The notes: generated by a model not told the origin, from the sequence alone. A stretch of 64,000 bases of DNA from Phaeosaccion multiseriatum (GCA_965112735.1 OZ218951.1:5270001-5334000); one strand, 5' to 3'. Counted from the first letter of the stretch, positions 14,441 to 26,900 are shown. Numbers and translations are program-made.

Positions 14441-16477
14441 AAGTGCACTCTTTTAGTTAGATACTTTTGTACGTGCAAAAGTCCCAAAACTTGTGCAAGG
14501 CCCCAGGGCTCTAGGAAGAGAACCCTGATAGAAGAATAAGTCAACAGTTCTCAGCAGCCCGCATCCGCGTTAGAACTCCAAGTTTCGTGATCTCAAGGGT
14601 TAGGTGGATCGCTGGTGCCAACGTGCGATGGAATTGAGCGGCCCTCCTCCTCTACTGGCGTTTCAAGAGGTACGCTGTCGACGTCTGCAGCGAGGCAGGG
14701 GCTCCACCCCTTGTGGAAGTAGCATGAATGCAGCCCCAGCAGGGCCACGAAAGTGCCACAAGTGTAACACAGGCCTGCAGGGCAGCCACCTTTCGCTCCC
14801 CATACAGCAATCAAATCGAAGGTGTGGGAACATACACACTCCAGCAGCAGCGAGGCTGATGGAGACTGCTCCCACAATGACATGCTCAGTGCTGCTGTGT
14901 CGGCGGCACCGGCAGGCAGCCTCTCCTTTGCAGACTCTATGAGGTCGCTGTGGATCGGGTGGGCTTCCTTCTGCATCCTCTCTCCGTCGACGCCGAGGCA
15001 CGGCAGGCTAGTCGCTCTCCCTGACTCCCTTCGTTGGCCATGAGCTTCGCTCCCACACACAGCCCTACAATGAATCCTGCACAGCCCTTCGCGACAGAGA
15101 GCGTCACTAGCGAGGTGGCTTCCCTTCCAGTCCGTTATGCACCAACCGCGTCCCTCCCTAGGCCCCCAGCACCACGTCTTATCTTTCTCTTTGGCCAGGA
15201 GAAGCGCCGCATACGAGGATTCTGACTCCGCCCCTTGGGCCGCAGGAGTACAGTAACGAAGGAGTCGCACCTCTTCAGATCTACTGTGCGGCTCCTCGCC
15301 CTTCTCATCAACGCTCCAGCTCTCTCTGTAGGCCCTAAGCCCGGCCTCCCCGCAAATTGACCCAGCCTGGGGCTCGGAGAGGGTAGGGTTGCCTTCTTTG
15401 TCCAGCAGGACGTAAATAGCAAAGGATACGTCGTACAGCTTTGCTGCAAACGCAAGCAAATCCCTCGGAGTGAGAGAAGTGCCAGCACCAGAGGGTACCC
15501 GGTCTCGCCAGCCTTGGAGCTCCACAGCTGTCGCGGCGTGGGAGTACTCAGCGTGTTCGTGCCCATTCATAGCGTTTAGGGCTGCACCCACGAGAGAGGT
15601 GGGGCCAACGCCCTTGTTCTTCACTACGATGAAATCCTCCATGTCTATAAGCCTCCTTATGCGTATCTCGCCTGACTCCACCTTGACACAGATGGAAGAA
15701 GAAGAGAGAAGTAGAAACATATCAGTGACATGCGACATGCAAACCAAGGACCCTACAAGGTTGAGGGTTGTGATCGGAGTGGAATGTCGGGTTGGAGGCG
15801 TCTAGCATGCTGCGGTCGTGCTGCTCCTGCACCACTCACATGGGAAAGCATTGAGGGTCCTCCTGCCGTTGATGACGAGTGCTCCGCCATGCGCTACCCG
15901 TTCGTAGCGAAGGCGCTGCCACGCGTTAGTGCAGACCAGTACGTTGTCCAACGTCCGCCACCTTCCTACTCTCTCCTCTCCTCCCCATCCCTCTGCCCCA
16001 TCCTTCTTTCCCCCCCCCTCCCCAGAATATCTTTGCTGCTGCTGTTTCTCCTGACGCCTCTGTAGCCGATGAGCGGCCAATGATGCGAGAGACGGGATGA
16101 GAGAGGGGGGTTGATGAGGACCAGTTGCTCGCTGCGTCGATGGAGGGGTAGAGGGTGTAGGAGGAGGCTGAGGGTCGGAGGTTCGAGGGTGTGAGCCCGC
16201 GGCCCTGCTGAGAACTGTTGACTTATTCTTCTGACGACTAATGCCTCTATCCTTCCGACCTTTGGGAATTTTGCACCTGCAAAAGTACATTAGTAAAAGC
16301 GTGCATTTTCCTGACGCCTGTGTAGCCGATGAACGGCCAATGACGCGAGAGAGGGGATGAGAGAGGATTGATGAGGACCCGTTGCTCGCTGCGTTGATGG
16401 AGGAGGAGAGGATGTAGGAGGAGGCTGAGGGTCGGGAGCTTCGAGCTGTGTGGCGCCCGCTGCTGAGAACTGTTGAC
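14441..16477. repeat. Inverted repeat (14441-14557 vs 16205-16308) plus a ~175-bp direct duplication (~16047-16222 vs ~16307-16477)
   Basis: AGAAGAATAAGTCAACAGTTCTCAGCAG at 14530-14557 is the exact reverse complement of 16205-16232. The adjacent ~50 bp (TGCAC.CTTTTA..TACTTTTG...GTGCAAAA.TCCCAAA) also align. The two direct copies align along their length. Confidence 0.85.
14593..15747 (-). CDS. Hypothetical ORF or exon, possible catalytically dead OTU-like fold with a Cys-rich tail; may be element-derived or a pseudogene
   Basis: 384-codon open frame without microsatellites; acceptor-like site near 15683. Motif order GVGPTSLVGAAL / DLLAFAAKLYDVSFAIY / VRLLRY..SSYAALL loosely parallels the OTU fold. 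Confidence 0.35.
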   Translation of the reverse strand: MVCMSHVTDMFLLLSSSSICVKVESGEIRIRRLIDMEDFIVVKNKGVGPTSLVGAALNAMNGHEHAEYSHAATAVELQGWRDRVPSGAGTSLTPRDLLAFAAKLYDVSFAIYVLLDKEGNPTLSEPQAGSICGEAGLRAYRESWSVDEKGEEPHSRSEEVRLLRYCTPAAQGAESESSYAALLLAKEKDKTWCWGPREGRGWCITDWKGSHLASDALCREGLCRIHCRAVCGSEAHGQRRESGRATSLPCLGVDGERMQKEAHPIHSDLIESAKERLPAGAADTAALSMSLWEQSPSASLLLECVCSHTFDLIAVWGAKGGCPAGLCYTCGTFVALLGLHSCYFHKGWSPCLAADVDSVPLETPVEEEGRSIPSHVGTSDPPNP

Positions 16478-16583
16478 ATATTTGAGAGAAGTTTGGGTGT
16501 TGGTGCTCCAATTGTTGCCATTTGGGGGAGAGGTGAGCGCCGCCGCCGCAGAGGAGGCAGAGGAAGAAAGCAAACACACAATC

Positions 16584-16608
16584 ATGTACGCCCGCCAGCA
16601 GGCCCACG

Positions 16609-16639
<31 letters not shown>

Positions 16640-16672
16640 ACAGCAGCACTACAGGCAGGACTACCACCAGAG

Positions 16673-16723
<51 letters not shown>

Positions 16724-19700
16724 CTACAGGCAGCAGCAACAACAGGTGCGTTTTCTCTCAGGGTGGCATCGAATCATCCGCCGGTATCACAGCAGTGGCA
16801 CACGAGAGTATCCCTTTCGCTATCCTCCTCCTCGTGTCCTCTATTGGGAGCAGCCGCAGCCTCCTGGTTTATAATAAACCCTGGCCGCTCGAACCTTGCC
16901 CCTTATCCTCCCTTGCATCGTCTTGCTCCTGCTCTTCAACCCGATCCTGCCCTCCCCATCCCCTCCCAACAGCAGCAACAATACTACCAACAACAACGCC
17001 ACTTCGGGCAACAGCAGTACCATCAGCAGTCCTACTACAACCAGCAGCAGCAACAGTATCCCCACTATCTTCCCCAGCAGCAATATGCGCACCACGCTGC
17101 CCCCAGCCCGTACCCGCCCCCTACCCCGGGCAACAGCAGCAGTAGACGCACTCGGCTGAGCGCAGTGGGAGCGTGGGGCCAACGCGTCACGGCTGTGCTA
17201 GCCTTGCGCGACGAGTGCTTCATTTCGAGCTCAGTAGCGGCAGGAGGCGGGGGGAGAGAGGAAGACAGTGGTGGCGGTGGTGGTGGAAGCACGCTCGTCT
17301 TCGACTATGACAACTTCCCTGTCGTTGCGGCCAAGCTCATTCGGGAGCTTGTCTCGAGCATCGAGGCCCCCACCTCCGCCAGCAGCAGCAAGAGCAGAAA
17401 CAGCAGCGGCACCATGGGTGGCAGCGTTGGCGCGGGGTCCGGGCCTGGCCTCGTCCGCTATGCGGTGCTTCGCGTGTTCCAGCAGCTGGCCCCGTGGGCT
17501 GGGGGAAGCGTGCACGCCCCGGCTGAGATACTTCAGCAGCTCTCGCTCCTCCTGCAGCAGGAGGACAATGCGCTCATCCGAGCCTTGGCGTTACAGATCT
17601 TGGGTGCAGTGGGGCAGGGCATGGGCGGGGTGCCCACCAGCCTGGCACTTCAGGTAGAGAGGCTCGTCACGAGGCGCTGCAGCACTAGCCTCATCACCCC
17701 AAAGTACACTGCTGCTACGGTGGGGGGTTTGAATAGTCAGGGGGGGTTGACGTTAGATGGCAGCAGAGGTCAAGGCGGGCCACTCAGGGGCGAGGGAGGA
17801 GGAGTACGTGGTGGTGGCGTTGTTGCAGATGAGACTGTCGTTGGCCGCCAGAACAGCAGCAGCGGCTTGAGAGGAAGCATCAATAGCAGCAGCAAGCAAA
17901 CAAGACGACGACGACCGGACGTGCTCGGCAGTGAACGTGACAATGACGAGGAGGAGGACCAAGAAGAAGAAGAGGAGGAGGAGCAAGAGGTGGAGAATGG
18001 TGGTCAGGGCCCTGCGTGCGGTGATGACGCCGACCTCGAGCACCTCTCCGCCGTCGGAGCCTACATCAAAGTATGCTCTGCGGCGGCGGTGAGGCGGGCT
18101 GCCACGGCGGCAATGCCCATGGTCTCAGCGACCACTCACGCAAAGGAGTGGCAGCAGCAGCTCACGGAGCCACCGCCACCCAACTTCACCTCCGGAGCGG
18201 GCTTGATGGCATGTCTGCTCGCAAGGAATGTAGGCCAGATGCCCAACCCGATACCCAACCCCTCCCACCAGATGATGGCCCCCCTCGGGGAGCGGTCCTT
18301 GGTGCAGCAGCTCGTTGAATTGGGGGCTGCGGGGGGCTTAGTGAGGCGGGTACAGGATAACATACCCCCTGGGGTGAGGGCCGACTTTCTTGCTTCGCTG
18401 GCCGAGGCGGCTTGTTCGTCATCTCCATCAGGAGAAGGGGCAGCAGCAGCAGCAGCAGGAGGAGGAGGAGGACGAGGAGGAGGAGGAGGAGGAGGAGAAG
18501 GAGACAGGGGAGGAGGAAGAGGAGGAGGAGCAGCACCAGCAGTAGGAGAAGGAGACAGTGGAAGCGACACAGAGGCAGCAACGGAAGGTGCCATAGCAGT
18601 AGGGCGAGTGCTGCTCTCCTATCTGGGCAGTGCAGACGAGGAGCACAGAGAGATTGCTCGCTACTTCCTTGGTGAGCTTGTCCGGTGCTCGAGTGCGCTT
18701 GACCAGGGGATGGCAGTAGATGGGGATGACAGTGTCGTCGGCTCTGCCTCTGGCAACGGGCATGCGAAGGTGAAAGGAAAGCAGCAGGGGAAGCCGACGA
18801 AGCAGAAGCAGAAGAGGCCGGACAGCGGAGAGCGGGCCGGACATGGACAGGAGAGCCGAGAGATGATGCATAGAGAGGTAGATGGGGCTCGGAATGGTGG
18901 TGGTGGTGGTGGTGGTGGTGGTGGTGGTGGTGGTGGTGGTGGTGGTGGAGAGGAAGGGTATGAGGGGGGCCGTAGCGTGCTCCTGCTGCTTCTGCGGCAC
19001 CTGCGGGAGTCTGCACACGACCTCTTGACGGTACAGGATGTGCTCCTCGTGCTGCTTGACCTTCCCAAGGAGAGCCTCTCTCAGCTCCAGCACCAGCAGT
19101 TGGTGATACAGCAGCAGCAGCAGCAGCAGAAGAAGAAGAAGCAGCGCGGTCGGGGCGGGGGGGCGACGGCCGAGGAGGAGGAGAAGAAGAAGAAGAAGCT
19201 GAAGAAGAAGAAGAAGAAGAACGAGAAGAAGAACGAGAAGAAGAAAAAGAAGATGGAGAAGGACGAAGGCGAAGCAATGGACGACAACAGCGACACAAAC
19301 CAGAGCGAGGGTGAGGAGGATGAGAATGATGATGAGGACGAGGAAGCGGAGGAGGAGGAAGAGGAGGAGGAGTGGGATGATGACCAGTGGAGCGAAAGAG
19401 GGGCTGCGCGGGAAGGACAGCCGAAGGGCCCTCTGCACGCTGTCTTGGAAACCGTCACTGGGTTTCTGCGGCCAAGTCAGGCGTGTGCTATTGCCGTGTT
19501 AGCGGCCCAGATTTGCGCTCGGATGGTGGCCTACGTGCCGGAGCGGGCCCCCGGGGTTGCCGAAACGATACTTCAGTGCTTGGGGCCATTAAAGGTCGAT
19601 GGAGCAGCAGCCGTTGGTGATACAGCAGCAGCAACAGCACTACTAGAAGCCCCCCGTGGGGCGGTGCTGCAGGGCATGCTGGAAGCTGCTGAGAGCGTTG

Positions 19701-22700
19701 CGCTGGTGACGGTTGCAGCTCGAAGAGTGGTACTCTCAGCAGCTCTGCATCGCCTCCGTACGGCCCTTGACGTGGCCTCATCAGAAGCATCATCATCATC
19801 ATCATCATCATCATCACCAGCACCATCTTCGGAGAAGAAGGATGAGAAGGGAGATGAGGGGTTCGATCATTCCGATTCCGACAGCGACTCTGTTGGGGAG
19901 GAGAGTGGAGGCGAAGGTGAGGATGAAGATGATGATGATGATGATGGTGCCGAGCCTCTGAACGCGGGGAAAGACCGATGCCGGAGGAGAAGGAGGGCGG
20001 ACGGGCTGCGGGCTTGGCGGAGAACGGTGTTGCAGTACTGCGAGCTCGTGTCTCGAGTGTCGTGTCCGTTTCTGGATAAGGGGGAGGAGGAGAGCAGCAG
20101 CAGTGGTGGTGGTGGTGGAGGAGGAGTGCGGTCCTCTCCCTCTCCATCCTTTTCGGAAATGGTCTTTGGGATTCTATCGGCGGTGAGACGGAGGGGCGGC
20201 TCTTCTACGCAGCAGCAGCAGCGGTTGGTGATACAGCAGCAGAAGCTGGAGGAGGATACGGCAATGGAAGTAGAGGAGGAGGAGGAGGAGGAGAAACGGA
20301 ATGGTGCTGCGACATCACACGCCAATGGGCATGCTGCTGCTGCGGCCCGTCGCAAGGCAGCACCAGCACCAGCACCAGCACCAGCACCAACAGAAGATGA
20401 CGTCTTATTATGTCGGAAGGCGATTGTGGCGCTTTGCGTCTCTCTCATGCGGCTTGAGCAGAGCACACTGGACGAGCAAGTGGCGGTTCAGAGGGTGCTC
20501 GCCGTGGGCTGCCATCCTGTCGTGATCCCTGCGGGCGATGGAAGAGGGCAAGGAGGAGGGGGTGAGGGTAAGGGTGAGCGCGGCGAAGACTCTGGTGGGG
20601 AGACTATGAGATCGGACGAGGACACTGGCACTGACAATGATGGTACACGCGGAGAGACAAGGGGGGGGGCTGGGGCTGGTGATACAGCAGTTGGTGATAC
20701 AGCAGTTGGTGATACAGCAGTAGCTGCAGCAGCAGCAGCAGCAGGAGCAGCGGTAGAGGCAGAGGCAGTGGCAACCTTGCGCCTTCGGCTCGCCAGCCTG
20801 AGCGGTTGGTGGTCCTACGTCGTCGCTAAAGAGGCCCTGCTGCACGGCTACTGGTCGGTGGCCGGGTCAAGGCTCCACGCCCTTTCCCAGCGAGGGTACG
20901 GGGGCTCGTCGGAGTGGCTTCGCGTGTGGCTGAGGGTGCTCGAACATGTGGCGAGGGGTGAGCTGCTCTATGCTGCCTCGACGTCGGCTTCTGCTTCGGT
21001 CGGTGCCGCGTCTGCTGGCTTCTTCGGCACCTTTGCAAAGGAGGGTGGCGGTTGGGCTGGAGGTGGGGGTGAGGTTTCCGGGTCGTACTACGGAGACATG
21101 TCGTTTAGAGGGGGTGAGGGTGATGGTGAGGATGGGGTTGGTGATGGTGCGGTGGGAGCTGCCATTCTGTCGTCGGTGGATGAGCTCAGCCTCGCAGAGG
21201 AGGGCCTGGCAGTTCTCAGCAGTCTGGGGCCGCTTCGCTCGGCGGCGTCTTGTTCGGCCTTCTCATCCTCGTCGTCTCCAGGAGCAGCAGCAGCAGCAGC
21301 AGCAGCAGCGGTGGCGGCGGCAGTAGCTGCAGAAGCGGTAGCAAGGTCAGCAGGAGGGAGGTATAGCTCTGGAGCAGCAGCGGCAGCAGCAGCAGCAGCA
21401 GCAGTGGGAGGGGGGGGGGGGGCAGCAGCAGGGGCAGGAGGAGGAACAGCAGCAGCAGCAGCAGCAGCAGGAGGAGCAGCCGCCTCCTTTGACTTCCACC
21501 GCTGCTTCATCGGCGCGAGGATGAGCCTGCTGCAGCTCCTTTCCTCCTCCTGGGTCATGTGCCAGGAGCTCTTGCTCAGTAAGTCAGGGACGTACGCGCG
21601 CCACACCCGCCGCGAGCGCCGATGCGCGCGCCTGCCTGTGGCCTTCAACAGCCTCTGCAGCACCTTCATCACCCTCCAACAACGATGCCTGGGAAGCGAC
21701 ATCACCAACACCATTCGCTCTCTCGGCGCCGCTGCCTCGATGTGCTCTTTGCTGTCCATTGCCGCGAGTGCCTTCATTTCCGGGACGTCTTCTTCCTCGG
21801 CCAACGGCGGCGGCGGGAGTGGGAGCACTGGGGCGAGTGGAAGCGAGATGCGGAGCAGCAGCAGCACCACTACCTCACCCCGGAGGCTCATCCTTTCATC
21901 TGCAGCTGTGGACTGGCTCCTCAGTCTGCCGGCGGAGAGCCCTGGGCAGCTTCCCCTCATGCGGGCTGTGTGTGTGCTGGGCCAGCAGATGCTAGCAGCG
22001 GCAGGGATGGGCGGCGGTGGTACTGCTGGTGGAGCAGCGGCAGCAGCAGGAGGAACAGGAGGAAGTGGAGGAGGAGGAGGAGGAGGAGGAGGAGGAGGAG
22101 GAGGAGGAGGAGGAGGAGGAGTGGGAGTCGGAGGCGGGGCGGTGGGGGCGGGTTTGTCAGGTGTAATGGGCGTGGAGGGCTTTTTAAACTTGCTCCAATC
22201 GCTCTCCACGGTGCCCTTCCCTTACCCGCGGCGCTTCTTCTCCTCCAAGCCGGGCCCCACCGCCGTCTTTTCGGCCACCGCCGCCCCCGCCCCCGCCGTC
22301 GGATCCACAACGTCTTATGTCAATGCCTCAGGAGGAGGAGGAGGAGGAGGAGGAGGAGGAGGGGGAGGAGGAGGAGGGGTGGGGAGCTGGGGTGGTGAGG
22401 CGTTGGTGAGCAGCACGTTGAGTAGCACCAAGAGCCGATGCACCATCCTTGTGAGCGGGTGCGTGGCGGCTTGTTCTCCCAGGGTGCTGGACACTTTGCG
22501 AGAGGTGCACGTGAAGGTGACCATCAGTAGCTTAGACAGCAGCGGTAGCAGCAACGGCGGTAGCACTAAGTCAATGAGGAGTAGCGGCGCTTCAGGTGGT
22601 GGTGGTGGAAGCCAAGGAGGAGCGAAGGGAGGTGCCTCCGGCCCAGCAGCAGCAGCAGCAGCAGCAGCAGTAGCACGAAAAGCAGGGGCAGCGAAAGATG

Positions 22701-23017
22701 ATGCGGAGCACCACCACAAGCAGCACCAGCAGCAGCAGCACCAGCAGCAGCACCAGCAGTTGGTGGTACAGCAGTCGGAGGGGGGACTGTCCGCAGAGGA
22801 AGAGGCAGCGGCGGATGAACAATTCAAGTGCCTGACGGGGCAAGCGCCGCTCCTGCCGGGCTACCCGGGCTTCACTGTCGCGGTGTCGGTGCCCCAGGGC
22901 TGGACAGAAGCCCTTGGAGAGATGGCAGTGGACGCGGAGGTGGAGGTGAAGGACACGGCGGGGCGGCTGTGGCAGGTGGGGGGCAGCAGTAGGAGTACGG
23001 TGTATTTCAAGGACTGA
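16584..23017 (+). CDS. INTS7: Integrator complex subunit 7-like, greatly expanded by homopolymer tracts; 2 exons (16584-16745, 16973-23017)
   Basis: Blocks resembling INTS7 occur in the expected order: NFPVVAAKLI..VRYAVLRVFQQ..EDNALIRALALQILG; SGWWSYVVAKEALLHGYW..SSEWLRVWLRVLEHVARGE; SFDFHRCFIGARMSLLQ; FNSLCSTFITL..SD; VPFPYPRRFF. A phase-0 GT-AG intron at 16746-16972 joins the Gln-rich exon 1 to the long ORF. Confidence 0.8.
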
Positions 23018-23987
23018 ATTATACACGGAGGAGGACGGAGCATAGCTTATCACTCTCCCGTTTGTACATAAATGTTGTTACAAAGAGGAAAATGGTTCGA
23101 GGAGGAGCGGCCACTGGAGTAACATGACTTTTTTACTTTTTGAACCCTCGACTTGCGTAAAAACGTAAAAACGTGAAGCCTGAAATGAAGTTTTTGGACA
23201 CACGCAGCAAAATGACGCGGGGAGAAGCGCTATAGCTCTTCGTGTAGCTCTTTGAGATGCCTATCGATCCATATTGTAGTCTTTCGGCTTTCATCGCTTT
23301 TCCCCTTCCCTACTTGTCAGCATTTCTGCAAGAGCACTCCCCCTTGCCGCCCGATCTCCAAAAAAAGGGCGATTTGGGCGATTCTTACGCAAATCGAGTG
23401 ATAAAAATAAAAAACAAAAAATGACAAAAAAATCCCCAATTTGATTGTGATGACCACACACAAACCCCACCCTCCCCCTCCTACGACAGGCGGCAGAGGA
23501 TCCGCTGTTCTCAAGATGGGCCTTGCTGCAAAGGGGGGTGACTGGTTGGGACCAAGAACCAAGAGGGGGGGGGGTGCTATTATGCAGCTGTCTTCTTCCA
23601 GCAAAGCCGAGTCCAAAGGCCACAAGGCTGACAAGACGATGAGGGGGCGGGGGGCCGATCCGTTAGGGCTTGTACCAGAGACTCCCGATCCACCCCTCCG
23701 TTCATCTCATCTGATGCAGCAACACGACGCCTCATTGCATCCATCACCCTCGCAGGAGTGAGTCGCCGTCTTATCAGTCTCTGTGAGCCTTGAGAACGAC
23801 ATCTGTTGGAGCTTTTGTTCTCTTCTGTACCAAGCCCCTCCTTCTTTGCACTTTGCGCCCTTCTCCTTCTCCGTCCACGCGTCAAACGCCAGCACGGAAA
23901 CCCCTAGACTGACTGGCCTCGAGGGAGGGCCTCGAGTGGTCGGCGATCCGTCTCGCCGGTGTGTCCTTGCCCTAATCACTCCTTGCT

Positions 23988-26900
23988 CTAATCACTTTCT
24001 TCGTCGGAGTCGTAACTGTCGTAGCTGTCGTAACTGTCGTAACCGTCGCCCTCCGAGTCGTACTCGTCGCTCGCCCCCTCTTCATCCTCCTCTTCGTCGT
24101 ACTCATCGTATGATGTGCTTCCTTCCTCTTCCTCCTCGTCCTCGTCCTCCTCGTCCTCGTCCTCCTCGTCCTCCTCCTCCTCCTCCTCGTCCTCCTCCTC
24201 CTCCTCCTCCTCCTCCTCCTCCTCTTCTTCATCTTCCTCCTCGTCGTCCTCCTCGTCGTCGTCCTCCTCCTCCTCTCCGCTAGACTCTCCACTAAAGTCT
24301 CCTTCTTCTTCCTCATCAGCCTCCTCCCCACTGCCGCCGTCAATGCTCTCTTCTCTGGCCGCCTCACTGCGACTGCTCCCCCTACTACTCTCTTCGCTCG
24401 TCTCGCCACTGTCATCACTGCTCTCCTCATCTTCATCATCATCGTCGTCGTCGTCGTCCTCCTCCTCCTCCTCCTCCTCCTCCTCCTCCTCCTCCTCCTC
24501 CTCCTCATCCCCTTCTTCCTCCTCCTCGCCCTTCTCGCTTCCACTGGCGTCCCCTCGCACCCCCTCTTGTCCCTCCTCCTCCTCCTCCTCCGCCGCCAAC
24601 AACTTCTCTGCCGCTGGAGGGGGCTGAGGCGCGGCCTCCCCCCCTTCCTCTCCCCCTTGCCCTCCCTCACCTCCCTCCCCTCCCTCACCCTCCTCTCCCC
24701 CCTCCACTCCAGCCTCACCCTCCTCTCCTCCTGCCTCTCCCCCCTCCGCTTCTGCCCCCGGCAAGGCCTCGGACATCACTCCCCCCGCCACCGCCGGAGC
24801 AACAGGCTCATCCTCAATGATGCCGTCGTCGTGCCCGAAGAGCGAGCCTGAGTGCTTGGGTTTGCTCAGGCGACGCCTCTCTTCGAGCTTGGCGCGTAGG
24901 GCCGCCCTCTTCTCCTCCCTGTCTTCAGCCGACTGACCCGCCACACACCCACACCCACACACACACCCACACACACACACACACATATACACAGACACAG
25001 AGAGAGAGAGACGGAGAGAGGGAGAGAGAGAGAGAGAGAGGCCAGTCCGGGAAGAAGGGAAGAGTGAGCGAGGGCTGACCATGACATGCTCCTTCCCCTC
25101 CTAGGAGACATGAATGACAATTCGCGCTTTCATTTGTATCGCTTCCCCGCGGGCGGGGCACCTTTTCAGGGCCCACCAAGGCCCGACAACCTGACACTTT
25201 TGTCTTCCTCACCCCTCCCCCCCCTCCCTACCCGTATATATCCCTCCACTCACCGCGTCTGTCCTGCTCTTCTCTCCCTCCTGGGCGATGCGCTCTCTCT
25301 CAGCCGCGTCCGTCACCACCAACCGAGCCGCCGGAGCAAGCCCCAAGTCCGCCAACGTCCTGACACCGGGCCCTCGTCCTCCTCCTGCCGCGGCGGCCGC
25401 CTTCTCCTCCTCCTCCTTCAGCACAAGCTTGAGGCCGGCGTTGGTGAGTTGAAGACTCTCCCCGAGCTCGGGTGCCTCCTCCCTCACGGCGGCAAACACA
25501 TCAGCCGCTACGTTGTTGGGGCCCAGCTCCAGCTTGATCTGTTTGGGGGGCGGAAGTTGGGCCCTCCTCACAGCAGGTGGGGGGGGTGGGGCGTCTTCTT
25601 CTCCTCCTCCATCTCCTGCTGCTCCCTCTGCTGTTGTGTCTGCTTCCGTCTCCTGCTGTTCGGTGGCAGCCACTGCTGCTTCGGTATCACCAACTGCTTC
25701 ACTTGCTACAGCATCTGGGACCTGCTCCTCCTCTTCTCGTACGACGGGCAGGCTGATGGACAGTTTCACACTCTCGCTGCGGAGCGGTGACAGGCGGATG
25801 GCAACAGATGGAAGGGAGTGCACACATGCAAAGGGACAGCAAGACGCGGAGGGTATGAGGAAGAGGCCCCAAGGAAGTCGGGAGGGGAGGAGACCCCATA
25901 AGCTGTGTGGACGGAAGGACCCACAGGGCCGGCAAGAGTTGTACTACCACACCGTCAGGCAAGTGTGACATGGAAAGAAGGAGGATGGTAACCAAAAGAT
26001 TACTCTCATGGCACCGCTTTGCCGTGCCGTGCTGTGCTGTATCACCAACTGCTGTACCTATAACCCTAAGCCAATCGTACCTCGCGGCCGCCAGAGCAGC
26101 GACGCGTGCCTCCTCCGCGAGTCGAGCTTTCTCCGCCTCCGCCGCTGCCATGGCCCTGATGAATGAATGGTCATGGACGGAGACAACATAAGGCAACAAG
26201 AGAGAGAGAGAGCAGTGACCGGGTAGAAGGGTGGGTAGGAGTGAGGGAGGGTGGATGGGTGTGAGAGAGGGAAGGGCAGGGGAGGGGATCATGAGGCCCC
26301 CCTATCTGTCTCTCTCTCTCTCTTCGCTCTCTCTCTCTCTGTTTCTTTCTCCCTCTCTCATATATATATATATAGTGGGGCACTGGGGCTTTAAGGGCAC
26401 CACTCTCTCACGCACCTACAGAAAAAGTGCTTCGATTTGACCCTGCCTCCCTTTCTCTCTCCACACCCACACAAACCCACACACACCCCCACACCCACAC
26501 ATACCTTTGCTCTGCCTCTGCCCTCTCCTTGAGTCGCTTCTCGCCCTCTGCAGTAACAGGAGTTACTGTCGCTTTCAGCCACTTCTCACAGCGTGCCTGA
26601 AACAGCAACAACAACAACAACAACAACATGAGCCTTTTCGTATAGCGGCGGCAGCGGAAGCCCAACCCTCTCCCTCTCCCCTCCCTTCCACCCCCCTCAT
26701 CTCCCTCTCCCCTCCCTTCCACCCCCCTCATCTCCTTCTCCCCTCCCTTCCAACCCACCCCCCTCCTCTCCCTCTCCCCTCCCTACCTGAGCGATGGCGA
26801 GTACAGCCATGTTGCTGTGCACAAGCGTGAGGAACCCCTCGTGCCCCTCCTGCTCTCGGAAACCCGCCACTTTCAGCAGCTCCAGGCCTGCACCATTGGA

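Noticed and set aside
16047-16477. CRISPR-like repeat/spacer array
   Set aside because: Only two long diverged copies, eukaryotic context and no cas genes.
16448-16972. N-terminus of the 2189-aa ORF as called by the track
   Set aside because: It starts at a non-ATG codon and reads through an intron; ATG 16584 with intron 16746-16972 gives a cleaner model.
18186-22827. Long antisense ORFs over INTS7 (and similarly over other GC-rich exons)
   Set aside because: Shadow frames caused by GC-rich, triplet-repeat coding sequence.
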